From an uncultured Dehalococcoidia bacterium (GTDB lineage Bacteria > Chloroflexota > Dehalococcoidia > Lucifugimonadales > JADFKI01), in contig CAZQPS010000023.1 of NCBI GenBank assembly GCA_964595285.1, positions 1 through 53,189 of the forward strand: DNA of 53,189 nt. The letters are read 5' to 3'. The notes under the pieces were generated by a model. That model made no database searches, was not told the origin of the DNA, and saw only the letters and a program-made list of their open reading frames with translations. Of this stretch, positions 10,447-20,620 are shown piece after piece; positions within the stretch are counted from its first letter, which is position 1, and every line of letters begins with the position of its first letter. Both the position numbers and the translations under genes were made by a program.

Positions 10447-11076
10447 CTATTTAGAATAAAACTCCACTATCAGCCTGGAGTCAATCCCAGTCTCAATATC
10501 ATCAGGCTGCGGGAAATTCGCGACTTCTCCCTTTAAAGTCGGAACATCCAAGCTCAGCCACAACGGTACAGGTCGCTTTGGAAGCCCATCAGTAAACGTC
10601 TCAATATATTCGGGTACAGACCCATTCACGCGCTTCCAACTAATTACGTCCCCTTTATTCACAAGAAAAGAAGCAATATCCATACGCTTCCCATTCACGA
10701 AAAAATGGCCGTGGTTGACCAGTTGCCTAGCTTGCCTCCGAGAATCTGCAAAAGCAAGTCTATATATTACGTTATCTAATCGCCTCTCTAGCAATTGAAG
10801 TAATACATCACCAGTAACCCCTTCATCTTCTCTAGCCATATCAAAGTACTTCCTGAATTGCCTCTCTAGTACTCCGTAAGTGAACCTAGCCTTCTGTTTT
10901 TCCCTCAACTGAAGGGCCCAGTCAGAAGACCTTCTCCTCCTAGGCACAGTGTTCCCCGGAGGTCGACGACGCTTCTCTATAGCGCACCTAGGGCTATAGC
11001 ATCGTTCGCCTTTGAGGAACAATTTTTCCCCTATTCTGCGGCATTGCCGGCATACTGCATCCGTATATCGTGCCAT
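10447..11076 (-). CDS. rpsD: 30S ribosomal protein S4 (Cys-containing, Zn-ribbon type)
   Basis: MARY...CRQCRR, QLREKQK, LERRLDNV and IVEFYSK motifs. Confidence 0.97.
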   Translation of the reverse strand: MARYTDAVCRQCRRIGEKLFLKGERCYSPRCAIEKRRRPPGNTVPRRRRSSDWALQLREKQKARFTYGVLERQFRKYFDMAREDEGVTGDVLLQLLERRLDNVIYRLAFADSRRQARQLVNHGHFFVNGKRMDIASFLVNKGDVISWKRVNGSVPEYIETFTDGLPKRPVPLWLSLDVPTLKGEVANFPQPDDIETGIDSRLIVEFYSK

Positions 11077-11171
11077 TAGATTAGTATCTAGTCCTCCGAT
11101 TTTTTCTTAAAATCCAATTAATTCTTTACACTGTATGTACTGAATGACCCAATACATTACATTATATCCCA

Positions 11172-11558
11172 TTACACGCGCCTTCGTTTACGGGGGCGTG
11201 TTCCATTGTGAGGTATGGGAGTCACATCCCTGATACTCGTAACCAATAGCCCAGCACTCTGAAGTGCACGAATGGCCGCCTCACGACCAGCACCTGGGCC
11301 TCGGACAAATATCTGAACTTGACGCAAGCCTTGATCCATGCCTTTACGAGCTGCATCTTCGGCCGCTCGCTGCGCGGCGAACGCTGTAGATTTCCTAGAA
11401 CCTTTAAATCCAACAGTCCCCGCACTCCCCCAAGCGAGCACTTCTCCTGAAGGATCCGTAAGAGTTATAATAGTATTATTAAATGTAGACTGGATAAAAG
11501 CCTTTCCTACTGGCACAGATCTTCTTTCGCGTCTACGTGTTCTTGGTCTCCTTGGCAT
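11172..11558 (-). CDS. rpsK: 30S ribosomal protein S11
   Basis: [16 protein letters not shown] and DVTPIPHNG motifs. Confidence 0.98.
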   Translation of the reverse strand: MPRRPRTRRRERRSVPVGKAFIQSTFNNTIITLTDPSGEVLAWGSAGTVGFKGSRKSTAFAAQRAAEDAARKGMDQGLRQVQIFVRGPGAGREAAIRALQSAGLLVTSIRDVTPIPHNGTRPRKRRRV

Positions 11559-11579
11559 TATATCTACTTCCTACACAAT

Positions 11580-11957
11580 CTATTTCATAGTTCGTCGACG
11601 ACCGGCAACAGTCTGTCTACGACCACGTTTGGTCCTACCATTCGTCTTGGTCCTTTGTCCCCTTGAAGGTAATCCTCTTCTATGTCTCAAGCCCCTGTAA
11701 GTACCTATATCTATAAGCCGTCTTATATTCAGGTTGACCTCTCTGCGGAGATCTCCTTCCACGACCTTCTCTTTATCGACGATCTCACGAATTCTATTCA
11801 GATCCTGATCATCTAAATCGCTTACCCTGGGGTTATCCAGCACACCTGCTCTATCTAAGACATCACGTGCCTGAGTTGGACCGATCCCATATATACTACG
11901 TAGGGCAATCTCAACTCTTTTATTGTCTGGAATATTTACGCCTGAAACGATTGCCAT
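11580..11957 (-). CDS. rpsM: 30S ribosomal protein S13
   Basis: IYGIG, EGDLRR and [19 protein letters not shown] motifs. Confidence 0.97.
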   Translation of the reverse strand: MAIVSGVNIPDNKRVEIALRSIYGIGPTQARDVLDRAGVLDNPRVSDLDDQDLNRIREIVDKEKVVEGDLRREVNLNIRRLIDIGTYRGLRHRRGLPSRGQRTKTNGRTKRGRRQTVAGRRRTMK

Positions 11958-11990
11958 ACTGTCTCCTTAATAAATACCACCGCTGTCTAC

Positions 11991-12104
11991 TTATCCTTGC
12001 CTTTGTTTGTGGCGTGCATTCTCACAGATAATCATGACCTTCCTGTGGCGTCTTATTACCCTACATTTTGCACATCTCTTCTTTACAGAAGCCGAAACTT
12101 TCAT
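11991..12104 (-). CDS. rpmJ: 50S ribosomal protein L36 (Zn-binding form; absent from the ORF track)
   Basis: Translated by hand: [37 protein letters not shown] (37 aa), at the canonical position before rpsM. Confidence 0.97.
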   Translation of the reverse strand: MKVSASVKKRCAKCRVIRRHRKVMIICENARHKQRQG

Positions 12105-12166
12105 TTTCTAGTCCAATACTTTAATAATTTCATTTCAACCATTCTATATTATGCTAAATCGCCGGC

Positions 12167-12970
12167 TTAAAATATAAATCCCTCCGGCGACGTCAACACT
12201 TCAACCCCGTTTGCCGTCAGAGCAACAGTATCTTCAAAATGTGCAGATAAACTTCCATCAGCAGTCACAACTGTCCAACCGTCTTCAAGCTGTTCTGTCT
12301 GCCATCCACCTATATTAAGCATTGGCTCTATAGCCAAAGTCATTCCTTCTCTTAGCGAGGGCCCCTTACCCTTTTCTCCATAGTTGGGGACTTGAGGCTC
12401 TTCATGAAGAGCTCTCCCTATTCCATGCCCAACGTATTGTCTAACTACTGAATACCCAGCTCCTTCCGCATAAGTCTGCACCGCATTAGAAATATCCCCT
12501 ATGCGATTACCTGAAACCACTTCTTGAATTCCGCGTTTCAGAGCCTCACGAGTATTATCTATAAGTTTTTGGGCTTCTTCAGATACACTACCAACCCCAA
12601 TTGTAAACGCGCTATCACCATGAAAGCCATCAACAATAGCGCCAAAATCTACACTTAGTATGTCACCATCACGCAATTTCCGACTGCGCGGAATACCATG
12701 AACGATTTCTTCATTTATAGAAGCGCATATTGTCGCAGGAAACGGCACCGGCCCTCCAGCCGTATAACCTTTAAAAGATGGGACTGCACCCATGCCAATA
12801 ATCGTCTCTTCCGCAACAATGTCAAGCTCCTGCGTTGTTACTCCTGGACGCACAGCCTCCTGCACCCGTTTCTTTGCCTCCGAAACGACCACTCCTGCCC
12901 TCCGCATGAAATCCAATTCACGACCAGATTTTATTGTTATCCCAGCGGGACCTCTCCCTGTTAAAATCAT
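12167..12970 (-). CDS. map: Methionine aminopeptidase type I
   Basis: SINEEIVHGIP, DSAFT, GHGIG..LHEEP, AIEPM and SAHFEDT motifs. Confidence 0.96.
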   Translation of the reverse strand: MILTGRGPAGITIKSGRELDFMRRAGVVVSEAKKRVQEAVRPGVTTQELDIVAEETIIGMGAVPSFKGYTAGGPVPFPATICASINEEIVHGIPRSRKLRDGDILSVDFGAIVDGFHGDSAFTIGVGSVSEEAQKLIDNTREALKRGIQEVVSGNRIGDISNAVQTYAEGAGYSVVRQYVGHGIGRALHEEPQVPNYGEKGKGPSLREGMTLAIEPMLNIGGWQTEQLEDGWTVVTADGSLSAHFEDTVALTANGVEVLTSPEGFIF

Positions 12971-13065
12971 ATTTTACTTCTAAATTAGCCTCACGAGAAT
13001 TTTGGCGTCCCCCTATTATATTAAAAATCCCCATCTTTTTGAATATATTTACGCATTTTATATTT

Positions 13066-13704
13066 TCAGCTGAGAGCCTTTAGAAGAGATTCTCCTATAA
13101 CTTCTATATCACCCTCTCCGTTAATCTCCCTTAGAATATTGCTCTTTCTATAATATTCTACCAAGGGGGCCGTTTCCTCAAAATACACGCCTAGTCTAGT
13201 ACGAACGACTTCTGGCTTATCGTCACTTCTTTGATATAAACTTCCTCCACAAAAATCGCATACACCATTCCGGGTGGGAGCTGAGTACTTTACATGGAAA
13301 GGGCTTTGGCAGTTGGCACATATGAACCTACCAGATAGTCTTTCCACAAGTTCCTCTTCATTAACATTAATATATAAAACTCTGTCTAATGATCCTGACC
13401 TATTAAGCTCCCTGTCTAAAGATTCCGCTTGATTAAGGGTTCTAGGAAATCCATCCAGAACGAAACCTGAAGCTTGCTCCGGCGATTGTATCCATCCCAT
13501 AATTAATTTTATAGTCACATCATCCGGAACAAGTACCCCTCGATCCATATATGATTTCGCCAGAATTCCCAATTCACTACCAGCAGTTATATTCTCTCTA
13601 AACAAATCACCTGAGGAAGCTTTGTTGACGTCAACAACACTCGCTATGCGTTGCGCTTGAGTCCCTTTCCCAGCTCCCGGAGGCCCCAATAATATGATCT
13701 TCAA
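13066..13704 (-). CDS. adk: Adenylate kinase (Zn-binding LID)
   Basis: GPPGAGKGTQA, LDGFPR, CANC...CDFC and QRSDD motifs. Confidence 0.97.
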   Translation of the reverse strand: MKIILLGPPGAGKGTQAQRIASVVDVNKASSGDLFRENITAGSELGILAKSYMDRGVLVPDDVTIKLIMGWIQSPEQASGFVLDGFPRTLNQAESLDRELNRSGSLDRVLYINVNEEELVERLSGRFICANCQSPFHVKYSAPTRNGVCDFCGGSLYQRSDDKPEVVRTRLGVYFEETAPLVEYYRKSNILREINGEGDIEVIGESLLKALS

Positions 13705-13783
13705 ATACTCAGATACCCTTCAATGTACTGAAAAGACAGAGGCTCCTGTTGCCCTGTCACTCATAAACTTATAATATCGTCAC

Positions 13784-15118
13784 CTATATGAATCCTTCAT
13801 AGTTCCGCATAAGGAGCTGTGCTTCAAGCTGACGCATGGTGTCCAGGGCCACACCAACCATTATTAGTAAACTAGTACTACTAAGGGTAAGCGAACGAAT
13901 ATCTGTGGCCGCAGTTACAAAATATGGCAATATGGCAATAACCCCTAAAAATAACGCCCCTCCCCAGGTTATTCTAACTAGGACCCTCATTAAATATTGC
14001 TGAGTCGGGGCACCAGGACGTATCCCTGGGATAAAGCCCCCGTTTCGCTGTAAATTCTCAGATAAATTTTGTTGCTGAAAAGTCATTATTGTGTAGAAGA
14101 AGGTGAAAACTACAACAAGTATGAATACTCCAGCCCAATAGGGGAATTGCGTGGGGTCCAAAGAATTAGCAAAGAACGAAGCTAACCGTGAAAAAAAACC
14201 ATCATCTAAAGGATTTGTGAAATAACTTGCCAACGTGGCTGGCAATATCACAATAGAAAAAGCAAATATCAAAGGAATCATCCCAGCAGAATTAACCCGT
14301 AGAGGTATAAATGTGGATCCACTCTGCCTCTGCATTCTACCACCTCTAAACACACTTCTACCGTATTGAACTGGCACTCTTCTCTGGGCTTCAGTGAACA
14401 TGACTATAAAATAAATCACCACAAAGGCAAACACTGCCAATAAAAGAAGGCCCGCAGACTCCCCTCGTTGTAAAAAGCCTTGCCCGACTATTTGAGGAAA
14501 TCTAGCGACGATACCACCGAATATAATCAAGGAAATCCCATTCCCCAGCCCTCTCTCCGTGATAAGCTCGCCCAACCACACCAAAAACATAGTCCCAGCT
14601 ACCATTGACACGACCATAGACAGGGTAGACAAATTAGCGCCGAAATCTATTCCAGGAAGAACCCCGGCTTGCTTGAGCAAAGTCAATTGCCCCCACCCCT
14701 GTAAGAAAGCTATAGGCACAGCAAGCCAATGGGTAATTTGATTTATACGCTGCCTACCAAGATCCCCTTCTTGAGACAATGCCTTAAGGCTAGGTATCAC
14801 AGGAACTAGTATCTGCATTACAATGGAAGATGTAATGTAAGGATAAACACCAAGAGCCGCTACGCTTAAATTAGCTAACGCGCCCCCGCTGAATAGATCA
14901 AGAAATCCTAGCAGGGCTTGAGACTGGAAGGCCTGACTAAGGGCTTGAGTGTCAACCCCTGGGACTGGCACATGCGCAACAAACCTAAAAACCACCAACA
15001 TCCCCAAGGTGAATAAAATCTTCCCACGCAAATCAGGCACGCGCATTGCATCCAACATAGACTGTATCAACTGCGGCCTCGATGATTGTTGTGATCTGGA
15101 TGCTTGTGCCTGACGCAT
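13784..15118 (-). CDS. secY: Preprotein translocase subunit SecY
   Basis: LGVYPYITSSI, WLGELITERGLGNGISL and FIPGIRPG motifs. Confidence 0.98.
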   Translation of the reverse strand: MRQAQASRSQQSSRPQLIQSMLDAMRVPDLRGKILFTLGMLVVFRFVAHVPVPGVDTQALSQAFQSQALLGFLDLFSGGALANLSVAALGVYPYITSSIVMQILVPVIPSLKALSQEGDLGRQRINQITHWLAVPIAFLQGWGQLTLLKQAGVLPGIDFGANLSTLSMVVSMVAGTMFLVWLGELITERGLGNGISLIIFGGIVARFPQIVGQGFLQRGESAGLLLLAVFAFVVIYFIVMFTEAQRRVPVQYGRSVFRGGRMQRQSGSTFIPLRVNSAGMIPLIFAFSIVILPATLASYFTNPLDDGFFSRLASFFANSLDPTQFPYWAGVFILVVVFTFFYTIMTFQQQNLSENLQRNGGFIPGIRPGAPTQQYLMRVLVRITWGGALFLGVIAILPYFVTAATDIRSLTLSSTSLLIMVGVALDTMRQLEAQLLMRNYEGFI

Positions 15119-15564
15119 CAGAGGATCTCCCTAATATTTCCCCCAGCGGCTTCAATTTTCGCCCTTGCCGAAGTTGTGAATTTGTGGGCTGAGACATTCA
15201 ACGGAACTGACACATCACCATCCCCAAGTATCTTAATCGGGTATTTCACGTTCCTAAGAACCCCTTTTTCCTGTAATGTCTCCGGTGTCACATCAGAATT
15301 CGCTTCAAAGCCGGATAAACTAGACACATTCAGAACTGCATACTTGGTCTTAAACACGTTGGTAAAACCGCGTATCATTGGCAATTTCTTAGACAAAGGC
15401 AATTGGCCACCCTCAAAGCCTGGGCGAACTCCGCCCCCACTCCTAGATTTTTGCCCCTTCATACCTTTTCCAGAATAACTACCAAATCCACTGCCATCAC
15501 CCCTACCCACTCTCCGCCTATTTTTCCGGTTATTATTCTCTGACTTTACCTCATGTTGTTGCAT
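15118..15564 (-). CDS. rplO: 50S ribosomal protein L15
   Basis: RVGRG.GSG, GFEGGQLP and KILGDG motifs. Confidence 0.97.
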   Translation of the reverse strand: MQQHEVKSENNNRKNRRRVGRGDGSGFGSYSGKGMKGQKSRSGGGVRPGFEGGQLPLSKKLPMIRGFTNVFKTKYAVLNVSSLSGFEANSDVTPETLQEKGVLRNVKYPIKILGDGDVSVPLNVSAHKFTTSARAKIEAAGGNIREIL

Positions 15565-15591
15565 AAATTAATCCCTTCCCACTACAGCAAC

Positions 15592-15780
15592 TTATTCCAC
15601 TTCCGCCACTTCTACCAAATGTCTTACTTTATGTATCATACCTAGTATGTTTGCTGTATCATCGTGCACTACTGTCTGATTAAGCCTACGTAGTCCCAAT
15701 GCTTCAATTGTTCTTCTTTGACTTCGTTCGTAGCCGATACCACTAATTTTCCATGTAACAGCGATTTTTGTCATAAACAT
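15592..15780 (-). CDS. rpmD: 50S ribosomal protein L30
   Basis: S.IG...QRRT..ALGLRR..GMIHKV.HLV pattern; located between rpsE and rplO. Confidence 0.93.
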   Translation of the reverse strand: MFMTKIAVTWKISGIGYERSQRRTIEALGLRRLNQTVVHDDTANILGMIHKVRHLVEVAEVE

Positions 15781-15786
15781 ATATCC

Positions 15787-16437
15787 CTATAGAGTTGCAT
15801 TCCCCCCAGACTCTTCTCCCTGTGGAACAGTGTCTGGAGCCGCCTGCGCAGAAGCCTGCTGCTGCGCACGTCTTCTCTGTCTGTTTCTTTCCGCACGGTC
15901 TGCTCGCTCTTGAGCACGCATCTTCGCATACTCAATTAATTGTTTGCGATTGGAAAATTCCGCCTCAGGATCCTTTAACGACTTCAGGCCATTGAAAGTA
16001 GCTTTTACGACATTCACAGGATTTGTACTGCGCCGAACCTTTGTCAAAATATCCCTAATCCCCGCTAGCTCCACAACGGCTCTCACAGCTCCACCAGCTA
16101 TAACTCCAGTTCCCTCAACCGCTGGCTTAAGCATGACCACTGAACCAACATATTTAGTTGTGACTTCATGGGGGATGCTACCTCCCTTAAGCGGTACTTC
16201 AATTATGTTCTTCTTAGCTGCAGTGACTCCTTTTCGTACGGCATCGGGCACAGCTCCAGCCTTCCCCATACCAATCCCCACGTGCCCATCCATATCTCCC
16301 ACTACAACAACAGCACTAAAACTGAGATGCCTACCACCTTTAACAACCTTAGCCACCCTTGAGATTTTTACCACTCTTTCTGTCAGTGGTAATTCTTCTT
16401 CATTTGAAATGGCTTCCCGCTCTACTTGACTAACCAT
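15787..16437 (-). CDS. rpsE: 30S ribosomal protein S5 with C-terminal extension
   Basis: [15 protein letters not shown] and GTGVIAGG motifs, followed by a ~55-aa Arg/Gln-rich tail. Confidence 0.97.
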   Translation of the reverse strand: MVSQVEREAISNEEELPLTERVVKISRVAKVVKGGRHLSFSAVVVVGDMDGHVGIGMGKAGAVPDAVRKGVTAAKKNIIEVPLKGGSIPHEVTTKYVGSVVMLKPAVEGTGVIAGGAVRAVVELAGIRDILTKVRRSTNPVNVVKATFNGLKSLKDPEAEFSNRKQLIEYAKMRAQERADRAERNRQRRRAQQQASAQAAPDTVPQGEESGGNATL

Positions 16438-16438
16438 C

Positions 16439-16807
16439 TTAAAAAATCAGACCTCCCTCTCGGGCTGCTTCAGCCAAGGCTTTGACCCGGCCATGAAATT
16501 TATAACCACCGCGGTCAAACACTACACTTGACACTCCCGCATCTTTGGCTCTCTGACCAATAACAACCCCAACTTCAGTAGCTATGGCAGTTTTAACCTT
16601 CCCTTTGCTATCAGTTCTTATCCCAGGTTCAATGCTCGACGCTGAAGCCATAGTCATTCCTTCAGCGTCGTCAACAATCTGAGCATATATGTGATTAAGA
16701 CTACGATATACTGCGAGCCTGGGCCGGGCAGCAGTGCCCTGAATCTTGCGACGTACTCTCCTATGGCGCATCTTACGTCTTCCCTTGTTTGTAGTAATTC
16801 TAGACAC
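16439..16807 (-). CDS. rplR: 50S ribosomal protein L18
   Basis: RPRLAVYRS and [14 protein letters not shown] motifs. Confidence 0.97.
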   Translation of the reverse strand: MSRITTNKGRRKMRHRRVRRKIQGTAARPRLAVYRSLNHIYAQIVDDAEGMTMASASSIEPGIRTDSKGKVKTAIATEVGVVIGQRAKDAGVSSVVFDRGGYKFHGRVKALAEAAREGGLIF

Positions 16808-17349
16808 TATGCCCTCCTAGCACTCTTACCAGGTTTTAGTCTGATTTGCTCACCCATGTAACGTATACCTTTCCCCGTGTACACATTGGGTGGCCGGACC
16901 TTCCTGATTTGGGCCGCTAGATGCCCAACCTTTTGCTTATCAATACCACGAACGTGAATTCGATTAGCTCCTTCCACTTCAAGCACAACTCCATCAGGTG
17001 GACTAATCTCTACCGTATGGCTATACATAACGCTCAATGTAACACCCTTTCCACTCTGTTGCGCTCTGTAGCCAACACCAACAATATCCAAGCTCCTAGT
17101 GTATCCTTCACTCACGCCAATCACCATATTCGCCAATAAGCTCCTAGTCAAACCATGAAGAGCTCTATGATGTCCCTCATCACTCGGCCGAGCCACCCTG
17201 ACAACGCCTCCATCTTCGGTTATGCTCATATCAGGATGAAAAGTATTTTCTAATACGCCTTGCTTACCTATAACTGTAACTTCACTGCCTTGAATTTCCA
17301 CTTTAACATCTGACGGCAGGTTAATGGGCTGGTTACCAATTCTTGACAT
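16807..17349 (-). CDS. rplF: 50S ribosomal protein L6
   Basis: MSRIG start at ATG 17349; GVGYRA and YTGKGIRY motifs. Confidence 0.97.
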   Translation of the reverse strand: MSRIGNQPINLPSDVKVEIQGSEVTVIGKQGVLENTFHPDMSITEDGGVVRVARPSDEGHHRALHGLTRSLLANMVIGVSEGYTRSLDIVGVGYRAQQSGKGVTLSVMYSHTVEISPPDGVVLEVEGANRIHVRGIDKQKVGHLAAQIRKVRPPNVYTGKGIRYMGEQIRLKPGKSARRA

Positions 17350-17359
17350 ACCGTAATCC

Positions 17360-17761
17360 TTACCAGATGTAGCAGAGTAGCTCTCCGCCGACACCTTCCC
17401 TATAAGCATTCTTCCCAGTCATCACACCTTGCGAAGTAGATAGAAGGGCGACGCCCAACCCACCATATGGCCTAGGTATTTCCCCTTTCTTAACATATAC
17501 CTTTAGTCCAGGCTTACTGACCCGCCGAAGGCCGGATATAGCAGGCTCTCCATCTCCTCTGTAATGAAGATATAAGCGTATGTTAGCTTGGGGTGTGCCA
17601 CGTCTATGCACCTCAAAACCCTCTATAAATCCTTCATCCAACAGGATTTGTGCAATGGCCTCCTTCATCTTGGACGCCGGTACCGCAACCGCATCATGAT
17701 TCACCATGATGCTATTGCGAATTCTGGTTAACATATCTGAAATTGGATCCGTTACTGGCAT
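17360..17761 (-). CDS. rpsH: 30S ribosomal protein S8
   Basis: [23 protein letters not shown] and GGELLC motifs. Confidence 0.97.
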   Translation of the reverse strand: MPVTDPISDMLTRIRNSIMVNHDAVAVPASKMKEAIAQILLDEGFIEGFEVHRRGTPQANIRLYLHYRGDGEPAISGLRRVSKPGLKVYVKKGEIPRPYGGLGVALLSTSQGVMTGKNAYREGVGGELLCYIW

Positions 17762-17825
17762 TTTAATAACCTTATCATTTGTTTCTATTCACCACGTTGT
17801 AAGCGATTTGATATCAGGCCAAGTA

Positions 17826-18011
17826 TTACCAACTTGCTTTCCTGACTCCCGGCAAGAGCCCTACTAAAGCCATCTGCCTAAAACATATCCTGCATAACCC
17901 AAAATGCCTGATATAGGCTCTAGGCCTACCGCATTTGTTGCATCTATTATAATGTCTCACCTTGAAGGGTTGAGGTCTTTTCCACCTAGCGACCTTAGAC
18001 GTTTTAGCCAA
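17826..18011 (-). CDS. rpsN: 30S ribosomal protein S14 (type Z, Zn-binding)
   Basis: [10 protein letters not shown]...LCRICFR motif; 61 aa. Confidence 0.96.
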   Translation of the reverse strand: MAKTSKVARWKRPQPFKVRHYNRCNKCGRPRAYIRHFGLCRICFRQMALVGLLPGVRKASW

Positions 18012-18034
18012 TACAACTCTCCTTCATCATTCCA

Positions 18035-18811
18035 TTAAGCTACTTGTTTACTCTCTTCATTACGCGTAAAAGGCATACCTAGGAGCTCTAACATTCGCAT
18101 CCCCTCCACATCATTGGAGGCCGTGGTAACAACAACAATCTGTAATCCCCTGATTCTATCTATATTGTTGTAATCAATCTCCGGAAATATGACCTGCTCT
18201 CGAATTCCCAGAGAGAAATTACCCCTACCATCGAAAGCCTTCCTCGATACTCCTTGAAAATCCCTGATCCGAGGCAGCGTAGAGTTCAAAAGTCGATCCA
18301 TGAACTCGTACATCCTTGTACCTCTCAGCGTTACACTGACACCTATAGGCATCCCCTCTCTAATTTTAAAACCAGCTATTGATTTCTTCGCCCTAGTGGT
18401 GACTGGCTTCTGTCCGGATATCAGCGTAAGATCCCCAGTCGCAGCTTCCAAAGCACGAGAGTTGGTGAGGGTTTCACCAAGTCCAATATTAAGTATAACT
18501 TTAGTTAATCTTGGTATTTGCATGGAACTCGTATAACCGAATTCCTCAGTCATTGCTGGTCCAACTTCAGATCGTAGCTTTTCCAATAAACTGGGAACCG
18601 ACTTAATAGTCACTTCCTTACTCTCCTCTAACTCTTTAGAGGGTTTTGCCTTGGCAGTGGTACGACGCGTTCGTTTAGCTGCCGGCTTTTTTTCTTGTTC
18701 TTCTTTTGCCGCTCCACTTGCTCGACGCGTCCGCTTTCGAGGAGCGGGCTTGTCTTCTTCAACCTCTTGTGAATTTTGGATTTTATCTTGATCTTGATCT
18801 TCTGTGGTCAT
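18035..18811 (-). CDS. rplE: 50S ribosomal protein L5 with long N-terminal extension
   Basis: [13 protein letters not shown] and EQVIFPEI motifs; ATG 18811 overlaps the rplX stop. Confidence 0.96.
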   Translation of the reverse strand: MTTEDQDQDKIQNSQEVEEDKPAPRKRTRRASGAAKEEQEKKPAAKRTRRTTAKAKPSKELEESKEVTIKSVPSLLEKLRSEVGPAMTEEFGYTSSMQIPRLTKVILNIGLGETLTNSRALEAATGDLTLISGQKPVTTRAKKSIAGFKIREGMPIGVSVTLRGTRMYEFMDRLLNSTLPRIRDFQGVSRKAFDGRGNFSLGIREQVIFPEIDYNNIDRIRGLQIVVVTTASNDVEGMRMLELLGMPFTRNEESKQVA

Positions 18812-19119
18812 TCGATTACTTCGTCGCACTTTCTACAAATTCGTGCCTTAGTTCCATCTGATAGTTTCCTGTACCCTATTCTAGTCGCCTTATCACACAC
18901 AGGACAAACAAGCATTACATTGGATACACGCACAGGTAATTCTTTATCTATAATCCCGCCTTGACGAACGCCTGAACTAGGCTTGGTATGACGTTTTACG
19001 TTGTTGACTCCATCCACTAATACCGTATTCGTCTTGACAAACACCTGTTGAATTTTACCTTGCTTGCCCCTGTCCTTCCCCCTAGTGACGATAACATTAT
19101 CCTCCGCTCTTAATCTCAT
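18808..19119 (-). CDS. rplX: 50S ribosomal protein L24
   Basis: KOW motif GKDRGKQG, plus GGII and SNVM motifs. Confidence 0.96.
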   Translation of the reverse strand: MRLRAEDNVIVTRGKDRGKQGKIQQVFVKTNTVLVDGVNNVKRHTKPSSGVRQGGIIDKELPVRVSNVMLVCPVCDKATRIGYRKLSDGTKARICRKCDEVIE

Positions 19120-19120
19120 A

Positions 19121-19489
19121 TCAAAGAACCTCCGGGGCCAAGGACACTATTCGCATAAAATTCTTGTCCCTGAGCTCGCGGGCGACCGGGCCAAAAATGC
19201 GCGTCCCACGAGGCATCTGTTCATCGTTGATAATAACCGCAGCGTTGTCATCAAATCGTATATACGATCCATCAATCCGTCTGGCGGATTTAGCCGTACG
19301 TACAATCACAGCTTTCACAACTTCGCCCTTTTTTATGGCCGCAGCTGGAGCAGCCTCCTTCACAGAGGCAACAATCACATCTCCCAACCATGCGTATTGC
19401 CTTCCAGTTCCACCAGGTATTCCTATACAACTAATAGTCTTGGCGCCGGAATTATCTGCCACCTTCAACCTACTATATTTTTGAATCAT
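19121..19489 (-). CDS. rplN: 50S ribosomal protein L14
   Basis: [15 protein letters not shown] and [12 protein letters not shown] motifs. Confidence 0.98.
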   Translation of the reverse strand: MIQKYSRLKVADNSGAKTISCIGIPGGTGRQYAWLGDVIVASVKEAAPAAAIKKGEVVKAVIVRTAKSARRIDGSYIRFDDNAAVIINDEQMPRGTRIFGPVARELRDKNFMRIVSLAPEVL

Positions 19490-19495
19490 TTGTCC

Positions 19496-19966
19496 CTATT
19501 CCTTGTCATCAGAATCTTCTCCCTGCCCATCGCCATCCTCATTTCCAACTTCTGAGTCCGGAAGAACATTCTCTTCCAAAGAACCCAAAACTTCCCCAAC
19601 CGCCACATTTTCTGCCTGAGCAGAGTCTCCTGCCCCAGATTCCGTACTCTCTGGCTGGTAGGACAACACACTCTCATCATCCAATATTATTTCGTCAGGT
19701 TGTATATCCGCCAGCTCTTCCCTCTGAATAATTTCAGATATAGTCCACCTCTTAGTCTTTGAGATTGGCCGGGTTTCCCGTATCTCTACCATATCTCCAG
19801 CCAAGCACTTATTCATCGGATCGTGAACCATGAACCTAGTCCGCATCTTAACGGACTTCTTATACAACCGATGTCTTTTGCGCCACTCCACTATCACGAC
19901 GCAGGTCTTATCCATACTGGCACTTACCACGCGCCCCACCCTGATTTTTCTTCTTTCAAAACTCAT
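19496..19966 (-). CDS. rpsQ: 30S ribosomal protein S17 with long acidic C-terminal extension
   Basis: GRVVS..MDKT and ETRPISKTKRW motifs, followed by a ~70-aa D/E-rich tail. Confidence 0.95.
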   Translation of the reverse strand: MSFERRKIRVGRVVSASMDKTCVVIVEWRKRHRLYKKSVKMRTRFMVHDPMNKCLAGDMVEIRETRPISKTKRWTISEIIQREELADIQPDEIILDDESVLSYQPESTESGAGDSAQAENVAVGEVLGSLEENVLPDSEVGNEDGDGQGEDSDDKE

Positions 19967-19968
19967 AT

Positions 19969-20166
19969 TTAGATGCTGGCCAGTTCCCTTTCTCTCAAAA
20001 TCGAGTTGATACGGGCTATTCGTTTCTTACTCTTTCGTATTTCGTTCACGTTCGCCAATTGCATTGTAGCCACTCTAAACCTCAAATTCATAAGTTCACG
20101 ATGAGTATCGTGAAGTTCTGTATTAAGCTCCTCACTAGCTAATGCACGCAGGTCATCTATTTCCAT
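19969..20166 (-). CDS. rpmC: 50S ribosomal protein L29
   Basis: ELMNLRF...IARI.SIL.E pattern; canonical position. Confidence 0.95.
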   Translation of the reverse strand: MEIDDLRALASEELNTELHDTHRELMNLRFRVATMQLANVNEIRKSKKRIARINSILRERELASI

Positions 20167-20212
20167 ATATATATCCTGCCAATCTATCGGAATCTCACTA
20201 TCCGAATCTTAT

Positions 20213-20620
20213 TCAATGCCGTGTAACTATACTTGTCCCGAGAGGCAATTTGGACGAGGCAAGCCTCAGGGCCTCTCTTGCAGTCTCTTCTGGTATCCCT
20301 GCTATTTCAAACATAATTCTGCCTGGCTTCACAACAGCCACCCAATGGTCCACTGCGCCTTTACCTTTTCCCATACGTGTTTCAGCAGCTCTTGCTGTTA
20401 CAGTCTTATCAGGAAATATCCGAATCCAAATTTTACCACCTCGCCTGGCGTATCTTGTCATAGCTCGCCTCGCAGCCTCTATCTGCCTAGAAGACACCCA
20501 AGCCGCCTCGGTCGCTTTAAGCCCAAATTCGCCCAAATTCATAGTGCTCCCTGCAACTGCTAAGCCCCTGCGGCGACCTCTGTGATGATTTCTATATTTA
20601 ACCCTCTTCGGTTGGAGCAT
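20213..20620 (-). CDS. rplP: 50S ribosomal protein L16
   Basis: [15 protein letters not shown] and RMGKGKG motifs. Confidence 0.98.
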   Translation of the reverse strand: MLQPKRVKYRNHHRGRRRGLAVAGSTMNLGEFGLKATEAAWVSSRQIEAARRAMTRYARRGGKIWIRIFPDKTVTARAAETRMGKGKGAVDHWVAVVKPGRIMFEIAGIPEETAREALRLASSKLPLGTSIVTRH

